In this document: one piece after another, positions 55,527 to 64,000 of the stretch | How the letters are laid out: every line of letters starts with the position of its first letter | How positions within the stretch are numbered: the first letter of the stretch is position 1 | From: Marsupella aquatica | Lineage: Eukaryota > Plantae > Marchantiophyta | Direction: 5' to 3' | Length of the DNA: 64,000 bases | NCBI GenBank assembly: GCA_973895155.1 | Contig: OZ316894.1 | Span: forward strand, 6,720,234 to 6,784,233 | Translations under genes and position numbers: made by a program | The notes under the pieces: model-generated | The model's input: the letters and a program-made list of their open reading frames with translations, nothing else | What the model was told of the DNA's origin: nothing | The model's database searches: none

Positions 55527-58464
55527 TTACCATCCTAAGCCCAGTAACAAGTTTAGACCAACCGCAAAGGGAAGGAAGATCGCAGTCTGGAACCATACTC
55601 TGCAACGCAAGACGTAGTTAGGCAGCAGCATAAGTATACAATTTCAATCTGTGTTGGATGCGCCAAGCTCATTACAATGTTAATAGCATTCTGACAACAA
55701 TTTAAGATAATAACTTAGAGTGCCATTGATGCTAAGTTTTGCATGTGGATAACTACGAAAGATTTCTATAGCCTGTGAGAATCTTCTAAGACTTGAGTTC
55801 TGTACCATCACGTGTTATTTTATCATTAGGTCTGAGGACAGGGACATATATTGACGGGCCATGTTTTCTTGAACTAGTCAAAAGCGTCAGAATATCGTCA
55901 AGCCCAAACTTTAGAAAGAGACTTGATCTACTCTCTGAGTGACCACCCTGCGTCTTGAGCGTTGCGGAAGTTCAGGTCCGGTCTTCAAATAGACATGAGC
56001 ATGAACTCGATCACAGGTTTAATATCGAAGGTCTTTAGTTTGTACTTCTACCCGGGACTTCTAGACGGGAACGTTTGAGAATCTTGCAAGGATTCATTTC
56101 GTTTCATCACGGACTTGGACTTAAATACATTAATCGCTCTGACTCCATGCTAATCCCGACAGTTGAACACAGCATGCAGTGATCGAATACCACGATTTAA
56201 AATAACTAACAACCACACACTATAATCTCTAACAGTAAAAAAAGGCTCAGGGAGAACGTACGCAGTGCTGAAGATATCAGCATGAACGTTGTACTGGGTA
56301 GCCCACACAAAGCTAACAATAGCTTGGGGAACTATCGCCTACATTGCAAAAGGTAAAACACATGAGTTAGCTGAAATATGTTTATTGATGTAAGGTTGCG
56401 TTCTTCAAGTCCAGTTTCAATTGTCACGATCATTTTTGTACATCTCAATGTGTGCACAATTCAGTTCATTCCAATGCATGTCAGTCTTCCGGTCAATGTG
56501 ATTAGTAGGTAGAAGCAATCATAAAGTTCACTGATTGATCGATCTCGTCGAATGTGAGTTTGGAACAAGCTTTCTGCTATCTTCGAAAAATTACTTACTT
56601 GCATGACCGCGAAACGGAACATTTTTCCACGGAGACCAACTGCAAAGGAGACCAAGGCCATGCAAGCCGGCGCTACTATGAAACGCACACCTACACCCAA
56701 AAGGGCCTTGGGTACCCCACAAACAAATAGTCTTGGAGCTACGCCCACGCTCATCCCTTGACACAAGAAAATACATACCAGCTTATGATCAATAAGGAAC
56801 GTTAGAACATTGGCTCTAGTTACTAAAAAGCTTAATAAACGACCGGAGTGCCGCGTGCACTAGTCCTTTGTAGTAAATTAAATCTATACAACATTTGTAA
56901 CTATTATTGTAGAGCACTCTTTTCGGCACTCAAGTCATCTTCAAATCAGTAACGGAAGGGAAGTCAGCTTGCCCTGCTGCAAATGAGAAATTCAAGCCGT
57001 TTGAAAGGAGGCCAGAAGTTCTAAATGATTCGGAAGAAATCCCCAACAATTGACTTATGTAAAGGAGCAGATTCGGGAGCTTTAGGGCTTACCAATCATG
57101 AACATGCAAATTCCCAGAGTGCAATTGGCCACGAGATCAATCATTGACTTCAACATCACTGGTAAAGCCTTCCCATGATTGAATCTGGACATAAAACGAT
57201 GAAGATTAATTAATTAGTAATGCAGAACTGTCAAGATTGACGATGTCTCCTGAGATATATATATTGGTACTCGAAGTCCTATTGGTGGTAGATTTCATCC
57301 CCAAAGGTTGTCTACTGTAGTAACATATCAGAGAAGCTCACAATATAACCGGGAAGCTCTATTAAACTATATATATAGTCTTCCAGATCTGTCCCTAGCC
57401 TGAAGTCAATTTTCGCTTTGATAATATAGTCTTGATCGAAGCATAACGAATATATATTGTCGGAGGTCTCTAGCTAGCGTGCTCACAATTCGATTTCCTT
57501 CCGTTCGTCCTGTCATTGATTCTGGCTATCCCAGCAATCACACACACCAAAGTTCAAACGATTAAGCAAACAAGAAAGTCAATAAGGTCAGACTATCGGA
57601 CGCTTCTCATCCATGAAAAAATAACTACGGTAACTCAAGTGAACTGTATCCTTACTTGTAATTGAAAAGAGAGTAGATAAATCCGAGGATGCTCCCCCAC
57701 ACAACCGGCGCCAAAAGGAACTTCAAGAAAGCAGTCTGTGTAATCTTCCTGGCAAATTGGCGTTTTGTTGGCCTTATCTTCTCCTCACCGTTCTGAACGT
57801 ATTTTTTCTGCGGGTCTTTAAACTCGCTCGAAGCATCTTTCTGTACATGTATCGCAAGATCAGTTGTAAGGACCCCTGGCTCCTGCTGCTGCTTTTCACC
57901 TTGTTGAAGATCTTTCACCGAGGAAGAAATCCCGTGCTCGTTCTCACTAGCAACATTATCCTTTGCCTCAGATTCTGCCCAGTTTTCGTACACAGCCTTG
58001 TGTATTTCCAATAAGAGGATACAGACACAAAACCACAAGGAGAACTGCATGAAGACTAGGGTTGTGACATCTTTGTCAGTGCCAGGGTAGAGAGACGTCA
58101 AAAGAGGAGGACCGATGAGCAAAGAATTTGGCATTGTGGCCAGATTGAAGAGCGAGTTCACCCAAGCCAAGGATTGATGCGTTCGTCGATAGCAACAATT
58201 AAGGCACAGTACAGACAACACGGCAACCCTGTAAATAGTATCTGCTGCGATGAGTTTCAGGTCCATGTGGTAGGGGTCGTTGGTACTGATCATGCGGAAG
58301 ACGAGAAACGGTAGCGAGATATAGCTATTAAAGAAACCAAGACCCGCATAGGTCTGCTCGTGGGGAAGGATGCGCAGCTTCGATGATGCATAGCCCAGCG
58401 CTATGCACAGATTGAGGGGGATAATTACGTTCACAATAGCTAGGACCGTCGATCCTCCCAACAT
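55527..58464 (-). CDS. PIN: Non-canonical short-loop PIN auxin efflux carrier, 402 aa; exons 58464-57656, 57184-57093, 56756-56599, 56338-56262, 55599-55527
   Basis: PLNLCIALGYAS, ISTNDPYHMDLKLIAAD, MPNSLLIG, AIVPQAIVSFVWATQYNVHADIFSTAV. GT-AG introns give the conserved PIN exon sizes 158 and 77 bp, and the spliced frame is open to TAA. Confidence 0.92.
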
Positions 58465-59414
58465 GGTTGCGATTGGGCCCTTCCTGCCGCATATTCCTGG
58501 AGTAGCTTCCAAGACAGTTCGACAAGTTTGGTCTGTCTCTCAGAAGTTACTTGGACCCAAACGGCTCTGCATATTTCACTTCGTTCGTTTGTTTCTCGCT
58601 GCGGTCTTTGCTCGGATTCGTCGAACTACTTCAAACAGTTCGGAAATCGTCTACTGTTGAGTCTTGCTGACCTCGAGCCATGACCGAATTTCAGCAAAGA
58701 GTCTAGCTTGCCCGTGGTAGTTGATTCAAAGTATATCAATTAACTTCAAACAACGCAAGTACGGACCTTGCGTTGACAGGAACCCATGTGACTGGCTTAC
58801 TTGTTCCTTGGGTTCATTTCCGGGCATTTTTCCCCTTGAGTGCTGCCCTGTAATGACGCAGGGCAGGGCATGTTAGTCTGCACCAGAACCAAACAGGAAG
58901 GAGAACTCAGCAGAAGGTTGACTGTACGTTCTGAACACAACTCTAGCTAGTTATGTATTAAGCTACGAACTTGAGAGACCTCAGCTTCAAGAAGTTCACA
59001 AGATTGGAAACTTGAAAACAATGGTAGCATCTTCATTGTCCGACTCTATATCGCACCAGAAATGTATGCTGTGATACTCAGCAAATTGTATTCTGGATCG
59101 TCTGCGGCAGTTGCAACTTTGTGAGAGCAGCACCTTGTCTGGAGCGGATTAGCAGTCGACTCAGAACAAGGAGACCAAGACTTCTCCGCCTCATTTCCTC
59201 CCACGATCGTAAATTTCTTCATTTAGATTCTGAATTTCTGGCGAACACTGGATATGATCGAAACTAGCTTACTCACACTGAAGTACAGATTATTTATTTC
59301 TCCCATACTCAAAACGATTTTAGAACTATATCGATTGCGCGTCTAGACTCACCATGATAGTAGTCAATCGATCCGTCCATCTGCTGCCTGCTCGTCTTTG
59401 GGTGCTCCTGAATC

Positions 59415-60245
59415 TCAGATATCGTGGAACCGCGAACCCTGAAAATTGGGAAAGAACCCTCCATCACCGAGACACCAAGAATCCAAGTACTGTACTCAAC
59501 GCCCTCGCTGTTCCTTTTTGTGTCGTCGACTAGCTTGGCCGTCCAACCCAACTGCTCAAAATCTAATTGAAAATGAGCACTTAATTAACGAAGAAAGAAA
59601 GAGTGAACAGACGGTGACCACGGGGAAATTCTTAACTGAAGGCATCAGGGACATAAGTAATCTGGCACGCCTCTGATTTGTCTCAAGAACAGAACATCAA
59701 TGAAAAGAAAATTTAAAATAATCTTCTCCAGTTATGTGAAAAATAATAATACCGGGGACAAAGCCAGCCAATCTTTGCAAAATAAAAATTGATTACTTCA
59801 TATCGTCCCTCGTACCCAAACACAGATCTCAGAACGGGTGGAACGTAGTGCGAATCCCGAAGTTTGGGAAAGATGAGTCGATGTCAGATAGGGTGGAACG
59901 TAGTGCGAATCCCGAAGATTGCGAAAGATGAGTCTATCAACGAGACACCAAGTACTGTATTGAATGCCCTCTCTGTTCCTTTCATGTGTGTAGTCGACTT
60001 GTCCGTCCAACCCAACTGCTCAACATTTTGTTCAGGACTAAGCACGTCACTTACCTACAAAGAAATAGTGAACAGAGGGTGACCAAAGGAAAATTAATCT
60101 ACAAAGGAAGAGTGAACAGAGGACCAAAGGAAAATTCCCGCCTGTGATTTGTCCCAATTTGAAACAATCGAAAAGATAAAACCAGCGAATCTCTGCAACT
60201 AAAAAGTTGATTATTTCGTATCGTCCCTTGTACCCAAACAGTGAG
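59415..60245. repeat. Diverged tandem duplication (about 420-470 bp) upstream of PIN
   Basis: ccaagtactgta..aa.gccctc.ctgttcc..ccgtccaacccaactgctcaa near 59481 and 59948; tatcgtccct.gtacccaaaca near 59801 and 60219. Confidence 0.8.
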
Positions 60246-63200
60246 ACAATCTTTTTTTTTTGCCTCGAAAGAACTAAACGAAATCCATTCATAAAGCCAG
60301 GCGTACAAAACGGAGGCCCAAAAAGACACCAACCACGTGGACCTAGGTCGAAGTGCTACAACCGGGGAAGCCGGACCGTCATTGATACAATCTTCATCTT
60401 GTATTAGTGCTCTCGATACTAGCCTACCATGCGCGATTGAGTGTCTGATCATGTACGTACTTACATTGTGGTCTGTAGTGACGAGAGCCAAAGTAGTTTC
60501 CTTTTCTCAAGTACATTACGTCTCTGGCAGGTACCAAATGAAGTTCAAGAGAGAACATCAATTGAAAACGAATTTGATTCCATCCAATCCGTCTATGTAT
60601 TTTCCCGGAGAGGCCTGCATATGTATGACTATGGAAATTGTAGTACTAACTTTAGGCAATAAAAAAGTATTCCAACTCTTCGAGAAAATACGTAGACGGA
60701 GAAAAAATACATAGATAGAGAAAAAATGACTTTTTTGGCTGCAGATTCTTTCTACTGACTATATGTGTGCTTGAATGAATCAAGGACTTGGTGGGAAAAA
60801 ACTATCAGATGCTGCATGTGTGAGAGTCCCTTGGAGAGGCCAATCTTTTAAATCTTTAGGGATTTTATGTTAGTTACTACAATCGCCCTGGGTGTGCTAT
60901 TTGGGCAGAGAGAATTTGAAACATTAAGTGGGAGACTAGTTGGTTAGCGGCTCACTTTCACTGTGGATGGATAGGATTTGATTTTGGAGCAATTTGACAA
61001 GCTCTCAATTAGATCACTGACCTGAAGGGGGCCAGAAATAACTCTAATTTTCTCTCAAATGATCCCATTGACATTGATTTCCAAAGACCCAAGACAGCCT
61101 ACCATCTCAAATTGCTTCAGAAACAAATTTCAGGTCATGAAAAACTCATTCCTTGAATGCATTGATTAATAACTAATTCCAACTTCTTTGATAAATTAAA
61201 ACACCATAATTATGCAAAGAAACAAGGAATCCACTGATTAATTGCATGTTGGACACCCAACTGGACAACTGATAATATGCGCATGTTGGAAGAAATGAAT
61301 CTTCAGCAAGATTTGTTATCTTGTCCTATGGCCATGTCCTAGTCCCCTGTCTCCTGTAGTCCCCAGAAGAGAGCCTGCAGAGCCATGAGGCAAGGTCAAC
61401 CAAGAGGAAACAAAACCTGAGATTCTAATGTTCAAAAGATGTGCTATTGTCTATGTGGGTAACTCAGGAAGGTTCTGATATGATCTTGGCCGGGGCACTC
61501 CCAAAACTCCAAATATCATATGAGAAAGAAGTCTCAGGAGTTTTGCTCATTCTAGGAAAGTACGTAGTACAGAAAATTCCCGAGAGGAGCCAGGGTGACC
61601 ATTAAAAAAACCCATTTTTTATTCCAAAATTGAAAACTATTTTCATTTAATACCCTTTCACTCTCATGCCACATTCATTGAATCGTAGTGTTTTTAGTTA
61701 GTATAAACCAGTTACTTACTTTGCATAGATTGAGTAAAGGAAAATTGTTATATTTGAATAGTGGAAACTAAAAAATTTGAATGACAAAGTGGATAGAATT
61801 TGTTAAAAGTGACATTTTTATGATACACTTGAATTAATCAACTATTAGTCCGGGGACCCCTTGTTGATCCAAGGAATGGGTGTCTGATCAAGTAATTCTC
61901 TCGTCATGGTTAGAGAAAGTTCTCTCCTTGTTCAGCTGCTTGGATCCTCTTGGATTTAATTGGCCATCCCAATCCTAGCTCGGCTGACGTTGTAAGAATA
62001 AGAAACGTTGTAGTGAGTGGAAGCTTGTTATGTAGGCTTGCAAGGAAATCAATTTGCCATTACATGTTTGTGGGGAAGGTTCCATGTGCAATTTTAAACT
62101 GCTTGTGGGACATGGTTTCTCCATCCATTTGATAGAAAGAATTTAGATCAAAGGTGCATTTTTGCAGTTAGGATGTGTATTCTTGTGCAATAATTGTTTG
62201 TCTTATACGTTAGGTCTTTAGTTGATTTGATCGAGTCCTTTGAAAGAGACTAAACCTATCCTTAAAGGTTGTGCATCTTTTTGTGCAAGTTTAGATTAAA
62301 AAAAATCTATCCCTGAAACTCAACCAGGCATGAGTACGTGGTGCAGATAGAGTTTTTCAATCTAAACTTTCAGAAACACTAAAACTTTGCAAGACAAGTA
62401 GAAAGAAGTACGAAAAGCTTTCAATTTCAAAAATAGCTCAATTTCTTTTTGCCACTCACATATCAAATCCCAGTTTTTCAAAGCTATATAGTCTGAGTGA
62501 CTTGGAAAGGTGCATCCCTGATGCACCATTGATTGAATTTCCAAATAGGTCTATTATGTACTTATATCCATTTCAACTCCTCTCAAGGATAATCTTCTTG
62601 AAAATATAGATTTTATAACTCCAATGTCCCTCTTCTCTCTACAGTGAATGAATGTTGCTTGAATGTCATGCAACCACCACCCACTCAAAATTTTCTATTC
62701 ATTATTTTGATCATTGTCAGACTCATTGTAAGGTTATGAAGCTTGCATTATTTTAGCCAAAAGGACTTCGATACTAGAAATCCTGCCAATTGCCGGAGTG
62801 AAATCGCCATTTCTTTGGTCTGTCTCCAAAAAGGACTACTCTTGGGATTCTAATGTGGAAATTTGATCTCTAATTTACTTTACATAAAAGCTTATATTAT
62901 TAGAAGCTACTATCTTGCTGGGGTGGTGGATTGCCAAAAACTGTAAAACATTGTGCTATCCAAATAGGTTTTGTTTTGTGACATTAGCTAAAATTTTGAA
63001 AAGCTAAGAATGTCAAAATGTTAGTTATCCTCGATAAATCTATAGTAGAAATATGGGATTTAATTTTTGCTTTGATTTAGAAAAATGTAAATTATGAAAT
63101 TAGGTATTGAACTTCTAATATTTAAAGTGAGCTTGACTCACAAAGTTATAAGTCAATGCATCTTTCAAATTGGCAACATGAGGCTTAGATTGTCTGGGCA

Positions 63201-64000
63201 CAAACAATCACAAAAAAATAAAATTGCTGGCAAATGGAGCACAGGCATGGAATTTTGAGATGGCGCATCAAAAGCTCAAGGAGTAGCAAGTCTGCCTAGC
63301 ATTGGATGACAATATGGCACCCTACTGCTATGGTAGTATGATTTAACAGGTAGTTATTATTAAGTAGTTATTCAACTTATTTTCACTGGTAAACACTTAC
63401 ATATATGCTTTTGGTGAAATAAATTAGGTGTTCCAATTAAAATTTTGGAATGAATTTTAATTTTTTGCTGAAATTACAATTGTAACTAAAAAAGTTATAA
63501 GTGAACTTTAAGTCATTTCATTCTTTGCATTTTTAATTTTCTTACATCCTCTTTTGAGAGCATGGCTCCTAACATGATGGAGGGCAGTTATTGGACTCAC
63601 AAATATGAATATTTTTGTTTGTTGCAAGTGCTGCTGATGTGGCACACTCCTGTGCCAGTGAATTGCAAAGGACCCCTCATAGGGGTCCGTAAATATTATT
63701 TCTAAATGAGCTCAGCAGTTTTTATTGGGTAAAAACTGCATTTATGTTTACGTGAATATGTATTTATGGAAGTAGCATGAAGAAAAAAATTGAAAATTTA
63801 TTTGTGAAAAATGAAGTACACTTTTTCACAAAATTTGATATCCCAACTATAGCACACGTTTCACATATTAAGAACTTTCCACAACCATGGCCTTTTTTCA
63901 CCGTCGCCACTAACATAAATAAGGGGTAGTACTACTTAATAATCATGATCCATCATCAACCATGTGTAAGTACAATATTGGTGGTTTTCATTAGCTTCCA

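Noticed and set aside
60700-64000. AT-rich terminal region
   Set aside because: CpG-depleted, probably old TE debris; no termini or coding motifs I can support.

Overview
Eukaryotic land-plant genomic DNA, inferred to be a non-seed plant and most likely a liverwort/bryophyte. Intact host genes: intronless ATP-citrate lyase B (3685-5514 +), intronless long-N-terminal seipin (29339-31813 -) and a 5-exon short-loop PIN auxin carrier (55527-58464 -). There is also a truncated TFIIA large-subunit copy (52921-53364 +). The rest is mostly transposon-derived: a PIF/Harbinger element with an RPA1-like companion gene, a very young complete Ty1/copia element (LTRs identical by eye, TSD ACCCC, one in-frame stop between gag and pol), solo LTRs, MITEs, Helitron ends, and an Athila-like Ty3/gypsy fragment arranged extra ORF-LTR-PBS-gag. 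The most striking item is a spliced, now frameshifted minus-strand gene (39088-44560). It appears to fuse a ParB-like domain, a bacterial-type beta-class (N6A/N4C) DNA methyltransferase-like domain and an FCP1/SCP-type HAD phosphatase-like domain. Its upstream region and one intron carry nine copies of a 21-bp palindrome. All domain calls come from motif recognition by eye and need HMM or structure confirmation.
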